Assembly (NCBI GenBank): GCA_964563135.1
Contig: CAZLWV010000002.1
Coordinates: 15,469 to 79,468 of the forward strand
Direction of reading: 5' to 3'
Origin: an uncultured Planctomycetaceae bacterium
GTDB lineage: Bacteria; Planctomycetota; Planctomycetia; Pirellulales; Thermoguttaceae
Length of the DNA: 64,000 nt
Shown here piece after piece: positions 1 to 8,843 of the stretch. Position numbers and translations under genes: made by a program. The stretch's first letter is position 1; every line of letters starts with the position of its first letter. The notes under the pieces are model-generated. The model was not told the origin of the DNA. It saw only the letters and a program-made list of their open reading frames with translations, and did no database searches.

Positions 1-16
1 CCGGACGAGCCCCAAA

Positions 17-59
17 GGCCGGGATGCGGGGCAGGCATCCCGGCCTGTTTTCTTTTCTT
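17..59 (+). terminator. Rho-independent terminator of a + strand gene lying upstream of the window
   Basis: Perfect 11-bp inverted repeat GGCCGGGATGC (17-27) / GCATCCCGGCC (35-45) with a 7-nt loop, followed by TGTTTTCTTTTCTT. Confidence 0.7.
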
Positions 60-244
60 GCCGCCCCGATCCGGCCCGGCCGATGATCGGAACGGTTGAC
101 AGCCAGAACGCCGGCCTGAACTTACAGATCTTTTACAGCGGCGTGACAACGATTTGACCACTCATTTGGGGACATCGCATAAGATTCGGGCGTGTGGTCG
201 CCGGCAGCGGCGAGCTGTTGCCCATCAGACAAAGGAGAATTGCG

Positions 245-1603
245 ATGTGCAGATCGGTGAAGTTGGGGTGTGCGGTGTTGATGCTGGCCTTGACGGCGGC
301 CCCCTCGTGGCTGCCGGCCGGCCAGATCAGGCTCGACGTGTCGATGGCCCAGCCCACGCTGTTGGCCGAGAAGAAACAGACGACCTTTGTCAAGGTGGGG
401 CTGACCGGGTTCAGGATGTCGTCGAAAGCCGACCGAACGCCGGTCAACGTGTCGTTCGTGTTGGACAAATCGGGTTCGATGTCGGGCACGAAGATCGCCA
501 AGGCCAAGGAGGCCGCGAACTGGGCGGTGCGGCGTCTCGATCGGGAGGACATCGTTTCCGTGGTGGTCTACGACTCGACGGTGAACGTATTGGTGCCGGC
601 CACCAAGCTGACCGACAAGGACGCGGTATGCCAGAAAATTTGCGAAATCAACTCCGGCGGATCGACGGCCTTGTTTGCCGGCGTGAGCAAAGGGGCGGCT
701 GAACTGCGGAAGTTCATCGATCGCAACCGCATCAACCGTGTGATCCTGCTCTCCGATGGACTGGCCAACATCGGCCCGCAGTCTCCCAGTGAATTGGGCG
801 AATTGGGTTCTGCGCTGATCGAGGAAGGCATCTCGGTCTCGACCATGGGATTGGGTCTGGGTTACAATGAAGACCTGATGGTCCAACTCGCCCAGCGGAG
901 CGACGGAAACCACTTCTTCATCGAGCGGGCCGAGGACCTGGCCAAGGTTTTCAATTTCGAGTTTGACGACGTGTTGTCGGTCGTGGCCCAGGAAGTAGCC
1001 ATCACGATCAACGTCGGCCCCGAGGTTCGGCCCGTGCGAGTGCTGGGCCGGGAAGCAGAGATCAACGGCCGGCAGGTGATCGTGCAAATGAACCAACTCT
1101 ACCAAGAGCAGGAGAAGTACGTGATCCTGGAGGTGGAACTGCCGCCGACCCAGGCGGGCCGAACTCGCCGGATTGCCGAGGTCGACGTGACCTATGCCAA
1201 CATGCAGACAAAAGCCACCGACCGGCTCAGCAGCACGGTCGGTGTGAACTTCGACATGTCGGAAGAGGTGGTCGAGGCGAAGACCAACGGGGCGGTCATG
1301 GCCGAGTGTGTCCTGCAGATAGCCAACGAGCAGAACAAGCTGGCCACGGCATTGCGCGACAAGGGAGACGTGGAAGGGGCCCGCAAGGTTCTGCAAGACA
1401 ACGCGAGCTACCTGTCCAGGAACGCCGCCATGTACGGATCGGAGAAGCTCCGGCAGCGCGCCGCGGACAACGATGGACAATCCCGCCTTCTCGACGAACA
1501 GGAGTGGGCAGGCAGCCGGAAGAGAATGCGTTATGGCCAGAACGCCGATACGACCCAACAATTCGGCGGCTTTGATTCCAGTAGCGGGGCGGGCAAGCGT
1601 TAG
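245..1603 (+). CDS. Secreted von Willebrand factor type A (VWA) domain protein
   Basis: ORF 194-1603. The ATG at 245 is preceded by AAGGAG and opens a signal-like MCRSVKLGCAVLMLALTAAPS. VWA/MIDAS-type signature VSFVLDKSGSMSG ... GGSTALFAG ... VILLSDGLANIG. The GTG at 194 is the alternative start. Confidence 0.85.
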   Translation: MCRSVKLGCAVLMLALTAAPSWLPAGQIRLDVSMAQPTLLAEKKQTTFVKVGLTGFRMSSKADRTPVNVSFVLDKSGSMSGTKIAKAKEAANWAVRRLDREDIVSVVVYDSTVNVLVPATKLTDKDAVCQKICEINSGGSTALFAGVSKGAAELRKFIDRNRINRVILLSDGLANIGPQSPSELGELGSALIEEGISVSTMGLGLGYNEDLMVQLAQRSDGNHFFIERAEDLAKVFNFEFDDVLSVVAQEVAITINVGPEVRPVRVLGREAEINGRQVIVQMNQLYQEQEKYVILEVELPPTQAGRTRRIAEVDVTYANMQTKATDRLSSTVGVNFDMSEEVVEAKTNGAVMAECVLQIANEQNKLATALRDKGDVEGARKVLQDNASYLSRNAAMYGSEKLRQRAADNDGQSRLLDEQEWAGSRKRMRYGQNADTTQQFGGFDSSSGAGKR

Positions 1604-1853
1604 CATTGGATGCGGCCCGTAGCCGTGGTTGCGATGAGGGCCGAGCCGCGAGACTCGCCTTCAAGGGACCGACATGTGGAATGGCGGTCAGGAAAGCAGT
1701 GCAGCGACCAGTCGTTGTTTTTCCCGGGAAACCGGCCTCCCGGTGGTCGGCCTGGTTGCGTGGTTTGTCTGAGGGGCAACAGGCTTCGGCACGTATTTCG
1801 TGCCTCGGCCCATCGTGTGAATACTGCATACCTGCCTCAATCACAGAGAGTCC

Positions 1854-3551
1854 TTGGCCAGTAGACAAATCGTCCTTTTCTCGCTCATCGTGTGTCTGCC
1901 GCTGGCGATGCTGGCATGGCTGGGATCGCGGCTTGCACGCCAGGAGCAGACGACGGCCCGGCAGCGTTTGACGGGCCTGGCCCTGGAGCGGCTCGAAGAC
2001 GTCGACCTGGTGGTCAGCAAACACTTTCGGCAACGGGAGCGAGAACTGCTCCAGTGGACCGAACTGGACAGCTACGATCCGGACCGGCTACGCCAGATCG
2101 TTCGCAGCCGGCCCGGCATCGGTCAACTGTTCGTGCTCGGTCCGGACGGCATGCTGCTCCATCCCGATCCGGCCGGCACGCTCAACGCCTCCGAACGCGA
2201 GTTCCTGCTGCAGGCCCAGCGGGCCCTCGACGACAAGGAGTTGATCCGCAGCGCAGGTGCTGACGAGAACGACGTCGTGCCTGCAGCCTACGGCTGGCAC
2301 GTTCGATATTGGGGGCCGGGGCTGAATCTCATCTTCTACCATCGCCTGGAATCGGGAAATGTCGTCGGCGTCCATGTGCCCAGATCGATGTGGATCGCCG
2401 ACCTGATCGCCGAGCTGCCCGACACTGCCCCGCCAGTCAGCTCTCGGCACGGCTCGGAAGCGCGCATCCGCCTGGTCGACTCCAGTGGGGAGGTGGTCTA
2501 CCAGTGGGGACCTTTTGAACCCGATGAAGCGGCCGAGGCTCTTGCCGCGATGCCGCTCAGCAGCCCGCTCTCCGCATGGCGGCTGGAGTACTTCGTGGAT
2601 GAGCATCAGTTCGCGGCGGTCGGCCGCAGCGCCTACTGGAGCCTCTTCTCCAGCCTGGCAGCGATCGGACTGGGGCTGATCGTGGTGGCCGCATACTTCT
2701 ATCGCGAGTATGCCCGCGAGGTGCGCGAGGCGGTCCAGCGAGTGAACTTTGTCAACCAGGTGTCTCATGAACTGAAGACGCCGCTGACCAATATCCGCAT
2801 GTACGCCGAGCTGCTCGAAGCCGACTTGGAACTGATCGATCCCAACGAGGCCGCCACGCCCCGGGGCCATCTGGAAGTGATCGTGGCCGAGAGCCAGCGG
2901 CTCAGCCGTTTGATCGGCAACGTGCTCACCTTTGCGCGTCAGGGACGCAATCAGGTCACGCTGCGCAAGACGACCGGTCGGGTCGATGAGGTGATCGCTG
3001 CCGTGGTGGAGCGTTTTCGGCCGGCTCTCGAGCAGAAGGCGGTTGAGGTTATTCTCGACCTGCAGGCCAAGGCCCTGGTGAATCTCGATGCCGACGCCTT
3101 GGAGCAGATCCTGGGGAATCTGATCAACAACGTGGAGAAGTATGCCGCCGGCGGCGGGCACATGGAAATCGTCAGCCGGCAGGACGGCTCGCAAACCGCC
3201 ATCGTGGTTGCCGATCGGGGCCCCGGCATCCCGGCGGGCTCGCGGGACAAGATCTTCCGGGCGTTCTACAGGGTCTCCGATCGCATCGAGGGGCCCACGG
3301 GCACCGGCATCGGTCTGTCGATAGCACGCAAACTGGCCCGCATGCACGGCGGCGACGTGGTTCTCCTGCCCTGTGCCACTAACCTCAGAGATCGTCACGT
3401 CTCTCACGAAGATTCGCGACCAACGGGAGCAGACCATTTCAGCGCGAGCGGTAGCTCGCTTTGGCCGGCGGCCCTGCCGCCCGGTGAAAACGGGGCCCGC
3501 TTCCAAGTCATCCTCGACACCCCAAGAGCGGAAAGCGAAGGTGCCGTTTGA
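1854..3551 (+). CDS. Membrane sensor histidine kinase (HisKA + HATPase_c)
   Basis: TTG start. N-terminal TM segment, large extracytoplasmic region, second TM segment (YWSLFSSLAAIGLGLIVVAAYFY). H-box VSHELKTPLTNI, N-box NLINNVEKYA, G1 ADRGPGIP, G2 GTGIGLSIARK. Its end overlaps the next gene by 4 nt. Confidence 0.9.
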   Translation: MASRQIVLFSLIVCLPLAMLAWLGSRLARQEQTTARQRLTGLALERLEDVDLVVSKHFRQRERELLQWTELDSYDPDRLRQIVRSRPGIGQLFVLGPDGMLLHPDPAGTLNASEREFLLQAQRALDDKELIRSAGADENDVVPAAYGWHVRYWGPGLNLIFYHRLESGNVVGVHVPRSMWIADLIAELPDTAPPVSSRHGSEARIRLVDSSGEVVYQWGPFEPDEAAEALAAMPLSSPLSAWRLEYFVDEHQFAAVGRSAYWSLFSSLAAIGLGLIVVAAYFYREYAREVREAVQRVNFVNQVSHELKTPLTNIRMYAELLEADLELIDPNEAATPRGHLEVIVAESQRLSRLIGNVLTFARQGRNQVTLRKTTGRVDEVIAAVVERFRPALEQKAVEVILDLQAKALVNLDADALEQILGNLINNVEKYAAGGGHMEIVSRQDGSQTAIVVADRGPGIPAGSRDKIFRAFYRVSDRIEGPTGTGIGLSIARKLARMHGGDVVLLPCATNLRDRHVSHEDSRPTGADHFSASGSSLWPAALPPGENGARFQVILDTPRAESEGAV

Positions 3552-4231
3552 AGGTTCTGCTGGCCGAAGACGATCGGTTTACTCGCGAGGGCCTAGCGGA
3601 GGTGCTTCGCAGCGAAGGCTACCGGGTGCTCCAGGCCGAGGACGGCGAGACGGCCTTGGAGTTGTTCCAGGCGGAACTGCCCGACTTCGTCTGCCTCGAC
3701 ATCATGATGCCGAAGCTCAGCGGATACGATACCTGCAAGAAGATGCGTGCGGCGCGGCCGCTGGTTCCGATCATCTTCATCAGTGCCAGGTCGGAAGAGA
3801 TCGACAAGGTGATCGGGCTGGAACTGGGTGCCGACGATTTCATCGTCAAGCCCTTCGGCGTGAAGGAAGTGGTGGCCCGCATCCGGGCGGTCACGCGGCG
3901 ATGCTGGGCGGCGGCGGAACCGGCAGGCCTTGACTCGTTCCGAATGGGCGACTTGGAGGTCTTTCCCCGCGAGCTTCGCGCCCGCCGGGGCAAGGTGGCG
4001 ATCGAGTTGAGCCTGCGCGACGTGAAGCTGCTGGAACTGTTCTATCGCCGCCGCGGCGAGGTTCTGAACCGCAACACGATCTTCAACCATTGCTGGGGGG
4101 AAGACTACCTGCCCAACAGCCGCACGCTCGACCAGCACATCTCGCAATTGCGCAAACGAATCGAGATCTCACCCAAGCAGCCCACGCTGATTCGCACGGT
4201 CCACGGTGCCGGGTATCGATTCGAGGGCTGA
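3548..4231 (+). CDS. OmpR/PhoB-family response regulator (receiver + winged-helix)
   Basis: Receiver signature MKVLLAEDD ... DFVCLDIMMPKLSG ... ADDFIVKPF. C-terminal winged-helix ...LDQHISQLRKRIE...IRTVHGAGYRF. The TTG start overlaps the kinase stop. Confidence 0.9.
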   Translation: MKVLLAEDDRFTREGLAEVLRSEGYRVLQAEDGETALELFQAELPDFVCLDIMMPKLSGYDTCKKMRAARPLVPIIFISARSEEIDKVIGLELGADDFIVKPFGVKEVVARIRAVTRRCWAAAEPAGLDSFRMGDLEVFPRELRARRGKVAIELSLRDVKLLELFYRRRGEVLNRNTIFNHCWGEDYLPNSRTLDQHISQLRKRIEISPKQPTLIRTVHGAGYRFEG

Positions 4232-4459
4232 CGGGATTCTTGCAGGGTTGCGCCAGCGACAGCCGCGGAAAGGTCGTTTCCTGGCACTCCGAGAAATTCC
4301 AGCGGCACACACCCGTGCAGGAACGAGGGGCTGAGAACGCTCCGGCAGCCGAAAGCGCGTGGATGCCACCTGCTGCTGCCGCGATTGCCAAAGCCTGGGG
4401 CAGCGGGCGCGGGAACTCGGCAGCGATAGGAGACGCGTTTTGACGGGGACATCGCGGTT

Positions 4460-4490
4460 CGCGGAATTCCGTCGGTGATCCGCGGAATTC
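4460..4490 (+). promoter_or_regulatory. Tandem CGCGGAATTC sites (candidate upstream activator sequence)
   Basis: The 10-mer CGCGGAATTC occurs at 4460-4469 and 4481-4490, exactly 21 bp apart. Each is centred on a GAATTC dyad. The sites lie about 105-135 bp upstream of the sigma-54-type promoter. Confidence 0.35.
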
Positions 4491-4593
4491 TGCGGGATCG
4501 TGGGCACGGCGGGGGCTGGCCGGCGGCGGAGTGGGAGTCGTAAATGTCAATCTGGTAACTGGTTGTGTGGAATCGAGGTGGTCGGTCCCTGTT

Positions 4594-4609
4594 TGGCACA
4601 TTCATTGCT
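4594..4609 (+). promoter_or_regulatory. Sigma-54 (RpoN) -24/-12 promoter upstream of hdrC
   Basis: TGGCACATTCATTGCT matches the TGGCAC-N5-TTGCW consensus with canonical GG (4595-4596) to GC (4607-4608) spacing. It lies 93 nt upstream of the hdrC ATG. It overlaps a 12-bp perfect palindrome, ATTGCTAGCAAT (4604-4615). I saw no other full match in the window on either strand. Confidence 0.6.
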
Positions 4610-4701
4610 AGCAATTGCCGCGACCAACACGCATGTGACGCCGTGTTGTGAGAGAAAATCACAAGCCACCAGGGCCTGACGTTAGAAGCCGGAGGGAGTT
4701 G

Positions 4702-5274
4702 ATGACCACCCAACAGGCCGACAAGCTCGGTTCCGAGTTCTTGAAGGAAGTGATCGACGGGACCCCGGGCGGTGAACGGATCGTTCACTGTCTGCAGTGC
4801 GGGAGTTGCGGCGGCAGTTGCCCGAGCGGGGCCGACATGCAGCACACGCCGCGGACCCTGTTTGCCTTGATCACCGCGAACAAACGCGAGGAAGTGCTCA
4901 CGTCGAACACGATGTGGTGCTGTGTTTCGTGCTATTTCTGCACGACCCGGTGCCCGCAGAACATTCCGATCACCGACATTCTGTACCAGCTCAAGCGGAT
5001 GGCGATCGCCGAGAACAAGGCGACCGGGAGCGATGCCCCGGCGCTGGCCAAGACCTTCACGGACTACGTGGACAAGTACGGCCGAGCCTACGAGTTGGGT
5101 CTGGCGAGCCGGTTCTACCTGCTCAACAAGCCGTTCGCGATGCTGAAGATGGGTCCGATGGGCATTGGGATGTTCAGCCGGGGCCGCATGGCGCTGGTTC
5201 CGACGAAGATCAAACGCATGGACCAACTGAAAGCCATCATCAAGAAAGCCCGAGAGATTGGGAGGGAATCGTGA
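4702..5274 (+). CDS. hdrC: Heterodisulfide reductase subunit C-like (2x[4Fe-4S] ferredoxin-type)
   Basis: ATG at 4702 preceded by GGAGGGAG. Two cluster motifs, CLQCGSCGGSCP and CVSCYFCTTRCP. About 190 aa. The stop overlaps the hdrB start (GTGA). Confidence 0.85.
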   Translation: MTTQQADKLGSEFLKEVIDGTPGGERIVHCLQCGSCGGSCPSGADMQHTPRTLFALITANKREEVLTSNTMWCCVSCYFCTTRCPQNIPITDILYQLKRMAIAENKATGSDAPALAKTFTDYVDKYGRAYELGLASRFYLLNKPFAMLKMGPMGIGMFSRGRMALVPTKIKRMDQLKAIIKKAREIGRES

Positions 5275-6155
5275 AATACGCGTACTATCCTGGCTGCTCG
5301 ATGGAAGTGAACGGCGCCGCCTACGACATGTCGATGCGCGGAGTCGCGAAGATCCTCGGGATCGAGTTTGCCGAAATCGACGACTGGAACTGCTGCGGGG
5401 CGACCGAGTACTTCTCGCAGGATGAACTGACGGCTGCATCGGTGGTGGCGAGGAACCTGGCGATTGCCAGTTGCGGCGCCGGTCAGCTTGTGGCCTCCTG
5501 CGCCGCCTGCTACTGCAACCTGGCGAAGGTCGACAAGCTGATGACCGATGAGCCGGAAATGGGCGAGAAGATCAACCGGGCCCTGGCGGCCGGCGACCTG
5601 AAATACAAGGCGGGGAGCGTCAAGGTCCGCTATCTGCTCGACGTGCTCGTCCGCGACATTGGCGAGGAGAAGATCAAGGAGAAGGTGGTCCGCCCGCTCA
5701 AGGGCCTGCGGGTCGCCCCGTACTACGGCTGCCAGGCGGTTCGTCCGATTTCGGCGGGCGACTGCACCGAGTATCCGATGCAGATGGACACGCTGTTCGA
5801 GTGGCTGGGCGCCGAGGTGGTGGATTACCCGGTGAAGGCTCACTGCTGCGGCGGACACATGCCGCAGATCAGCGAAGAGCAGGCCTTCGAACTGCAACGG
5901 CGGCTGCTGCAGAGCGCGGTCGACTACAAGGCCGACATGATCCTCTGCATGTGCCCGATGTGCCAGTTGAATCTCGATGCGTACCAGCCGCGAGTGAACG
6001 GCATGTTCGGCACGAATTTCAAGATGCCGATCATCTACTTCACGCAACTGGTCGGGGTCGCGTTCGGGATGGACCCGAAGGCGGCCGGTTTTGGCAAGGA
6101 GCTTGTGGCAGGGTTGCCGGTGCTCAAGAAGAAGCTGGAGGCCGTGTCTGCTTAG
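5271..6155 (+). CDS. hdrB: Heterodisulfide reductase subunit B-like (two CCG domains)
   Basis: GTG at 5271 preceded by GGGAGGGA, inside track ORF 4797-6155. VKYAYYPGCS N-terminus. Two Cys-rich CCG motifs (DWNCCGATEYF and AHCCGGHMP) plus CMCPMCQLN. Confidence 0.85.
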   Translation: MKYAYYPGCSMEVNGAAYDMSMRGVAKILGIEFAEIDDWNCCGATEYFSQDELTAASVVARNLAIASCGAGQLVASCAACYCNLAKVDKLMTDEPEMGEKINRALAAGDLKYKAGSVKVRYLLDVLVRDIGEEKIKEKVVRPLKGLRVAPYYGCQAVRPISAGDCTEYPMQMDTLFEWLGAEVVDYPVKAHCCGGHMPQISEEQAFELQRRLLQSAVDYKADMILCMCPMCQLNLDAYQPRVNGMFGTNFKMPIIYFTQLVGVAFGMDPKAAGFGKELVAGLPVLKKKLEAVSA

Positions 6156-6189
6156 GACACCCTGAGAGAATATTCAGTGGAGGACGACC

Positions 6190-8226
6190 ATGGCCGAGAG
6201 AGTCGGCGTTTACATTTGTCACTGCGGCAGCAACATTGCCGGGACGGTCGACGTTGAAGAGGTCGCCAAGTGGGCGGGCGAGACCATCCAAGACGTTGTC
6301 GTGGCGAAAGACTATAAGTTCATGTGTTCCTCCCTCGGCCAGGCGATGATCGAGGAGGATATCAAGAAGGAGAAGCTCACCCGCGTTGTCGTGGGGGCGT
6401 GCTCTCCGCACCTGCACGAGAAGACGTTCCGCACGGCGTGCAAGAACGCGGGTCTGAACCCGTACCTGTTCGACATGACGAACCTCCGCGAGCACGTCTC
6501 GTGGGTCTGCAACGACAAGGCGGCGGGCACCGCGAAGGCCAAGGCGCTGATTGCCGGTTCGGCGGAACGGGTGAAGTACCAGCAGCCGCTGGAGCCGAGC
6601 TACGTGAACGTTCACCCGGCCACGCTGGTCGTGGGAGGGGGCATCACCGGCCTGCAGGCGGCGCTGGAGCTGGCCGACGCGGGCCATCCGGTGTATCTGG
6701 TGGAACGGAGCCCCTCGGTGGGCGGCCACATGGCCCAGTTCGACAAGACGTTTCCGACCCTCGACTGCTCGGCGTGCATTCTGACGCCGAAGATGTCGGA
6801 GGCCGGCCAGCACGAAAACATCACCATGCTGACCTACTCCGAGCTGGAGGAGGTGAGCGGGTCGGTGGGCAAGTTCAAGGTTAAGATCCGCAAGAAGGCT
6901 CGCTACGTGGTCGAGAAAGACTGCACGGGCTGCGGAATTTGCATGGAGAAGTGCCCGCGCAAGATCGTGGACGAGGATTTCGAGGCGGGGATCGGGTACC
7001 GGAAGGCGATCTACACGCCGTTTCCCCAGGCGGTGCCGCGGACCCCGGTGATCGACGTGCAGAACTGCACCTACTTCCAGCGGGGCAAGTGCAAGGTCTG
7101 CTCGAAGGTTTGTCCGACGAACGCGATCGACTACGAGCAGCAGGACGAGATCATCGAGATCGAGGTGGGCAACATCATTCTGGCCACCGGCTGGAAGCTG
7201 TTCGACCTGAAGAAGATTCCCCAGTACGGCTACGGGCGGCTGGCGAACGTATTCACGAACATGGAGTTTGAACGATTGTGCAACGCGGCCGGCCCGACGG
7301 GCGGCAAGATCGTGCTGCGCGACGGCAAGACGGAGCCGAAGTCGGTGGCGATCATCCACTGCGTGGGGAGCCGCGATGTGAAGTACAACGCCCACTGCTC
7401 GGCCGTGTGCTGCATGGCGGCGCTCAAGTTTGGGCACCTGATTCTGGAGAAGACCAAGGCCGAGGTGTACTCGTTCTACATCGACATGCGGACGAACCAG
7501 AAGGCCTATGAGGAGTTCTATCAACGGCTGCTCGAAGAGGGCATGCACTTCGTGCGCGGCAAGGTGGCCGAGGTGACCGACGCGGCGCGGAATCCTGACG
7601 AGCAGGGCAAGCTGATCGTGCAGTGCGAAGACACGCTGCTGGGCAAGCAGCGGCGGATCCCAGTCGACATGGTGGTGCTGATGGGCGCCATCGAGCCCCA
7701 GGCGGACGCCAAGGAACTGGGCCTGAAGTGCGGCATCTCGTGCAGCATGGCGGGTTGGTACACCGAGCGTCATCCGAAGCTGGACCCGGTGGCCACGATG
7801 ACCGAGGGCGTGTTTGTGGCCGGCACCTGCCAGGGGGCGAAGGACATTCCGGCCTGCGTGGCCCAGGGGGCCGCGGCGGCCGCCCGGGTGCAGGGAATGA
7901 TCACCAAGGGCAAGGTGATGATCGAGCCGATCGTGGCGTCGATCAACGAAGAGGCCTGCTCGGGATGCCGGATCTGCAACAATCTCTGCCCCTACAATGC
8001 GATCGAGTTCGACGCGGTGAAGGGAACCAGCCACGTGGTCAGCTCGATGTGCAAGGGCTGCGGCACCTGCGTGGCGGCCTGCCCGGCGGGCGTGATCACG
8101 GGGGCCCACTTCAACAACCAGCAGATATTCGCCCAGATCGGCGGCGTTCTCTGGGACGCCAAGCCGGCGGGTGGAAACGGCGGGGCTGCGGCCAAAGCCT
8201 CCGAGTCCCAGCCGGTTGCATCCTGA
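6190..8226 (+). CDS. hdrA: Heterodisulfide reductase subunit A-like flavoprotein (FAD + multiple [4Fe-4S])
   Basis: N-terminal VGVYICHCGSNIAG. Dinucleotide fold VVGGGITGLQAALELADAGHPVYLVE. Ferredoxin motifs CTGCGICMEKCP, CKVCSKVCP, CSGCRICNNLCP and CKGCGTCVAACP. 678 aa. Confidence 0.9.
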   Translation: MAERVGVYICHCGSNIAGTVDVEEVAKWAGETIQDVVVAKDYKFMCSSLGQAMIEEDIKKEKLTRVVVGACSPHLHEKTFRTACKNAGLNPYLFDMTNLREHVSWVCNDKAAGTAKAKALIAGSAERVKYQQPLEPSYVNVHPATLVVGGGITGLQAALELADAGHPVYLVERSPSVGGHMAQFDKTFPTLDCSACILTPKMSEAGQHENITMLTYSELEEVSGSVGKFKVKIRKKARYVVEKDCTGCGICMEKCPRKIVDEDFEAGIGYRKAIYTPFPQAVPRTPVIDVQNCTYFQRGKCKVCSKVCPTNAIDYEQQDEIIEIEVGNIILATGWKLFDLKKIPQYGYGRLANVFTNMEFERLCNAAGPTGGKIVLRDGKTEPKSVAIIHCVGSRDVKYNAHCSAVCCMAALKFGHLILEKTKAEVYSFYIDMRTNQKAYEEFYQRLLEEGMHFVRGKVAEVTDAARNPDEQGKLIVQCEDTLLGKQRRIPVDMVVLMGAIEPQADAKELGLKCGISCSMAGWYTERHPKLDPVATMTEGVFVAGTCQGAKDIPACVAQGAAAAARVQGMITKGKVMIEPIVASINEEACSGCRICNNLCPYNAIEFDAVKGTSHVVSSMCKGCGTCVAACPAGVITGAHFNNQQIFAQIGGVLWDAKPAGGNGGAAAKASESQPVAS

Positions 8227-8345
8227 GGCCACTGACGAGACGAGCACACTGCCCAGAGCGGGGCAAGCCCGCAACCCAACCTTCGCAAGATCCTGCGTGC
8301 ACGATGCGCACAAATCCAGAACCAAGACTCTAAAAGGTTTTGAGA

Positions 8346-8843
8346 ATGAATAACGAGAACTTTGAACCAAAGATCGTGGGGTTCATGTGCAACTGGTGCT
8401 CCTACCGGGCCGCCGACCTGGCGGGCTCGGCGCGCATCAAGTACCCGCCCAACGTGCGCATCATTCGCGTGATGTGCAGCGGCCGGATGGATCCCGCCTT
8501 CGTCACCAAGGCGCTCTCGCTGGGGGCCGACGGCGTGATGCTGGCCGGCTGCCATCCGGGGGAGTGCCACTACATCGACCAGAACTACAAGGCGATGCGG
8601 CGCTACCACATGCTCAAGCACATGCTGGCCGCCATGGGCGTGGAAGACGAGCGGGTCCGCCTGTTCTGGCGTTCGGCGGCCGAGGGGGAGCAGCTTGCCG
8701 AGGCCATCACGGAGTTCGTGGCGGACATCAAGAAGCTCGGTCCGCTCAACTGGCCCGGTAACTGGGAAGAGAGCGACGAGCGTCTGGAAGCGCTGGAAGC
8801 GATCGTCAAAGAGCACGCAGAGGTGATGGAGGTGCAGTCATGA
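8346..8843 (+). CDS. mvhD: Methyl-viologen-reducing hydrogenase delta subunit (MvhD-like, [2Fe-2S])
   Basis: IVGFMCNWCSYRAADLAG ... VMCSGRMDP ... LAGCHPGECHY signature. ATG at 8346 (the track ORF starts at the TTG at 8340). The stop overlaps the next start (ATGA). Confidence 0.85.
   Translation: MNNENFEPKIVGFMCNWCSYRAADLAGSARIKYPPNVRIIRVMCSGRMDPAFVTKALSLGADGVMLAGCHPGECHYIDQNYKAMRRYHMLKHMLAAMGVEDERVRLFWRSAAEGEQLAEAITEFVADIKKLGPLNWPGNWEESDERLEALEAIVKEHAEVMEVQS

Noticed and set aside
122-1606. Long antisense or overlapping ORFs throughout the track. Examples: 122-1606(-), 2088-3506(-), 4105-5439(-), 6124-8370(-), 9665-11200(-), 13842-15386(+), 15774-18017(-), 27629-29143(+), 29800-31695(-), 41881-43689(+), 43715-45679(-), 53911-55716(-), 57544-60000(-), 60464-61873(+).
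   Set aside because: Each lies opposite or out of frame to a gene with clear family motifs. Their translations are Arg/Gly/Pro/Ala/His-rich with no motifs or start signals. This is the expected stop-codon paucity of a high-GC genome.
8227-8345. B12-box-like GCCACTG in the hdrA-mvhD spacer.
   Set aside because: An isolated 7-mer with none of the surrounding cobalamin-riboswitch helices. It lies inside an operon with no plausible B12 link.
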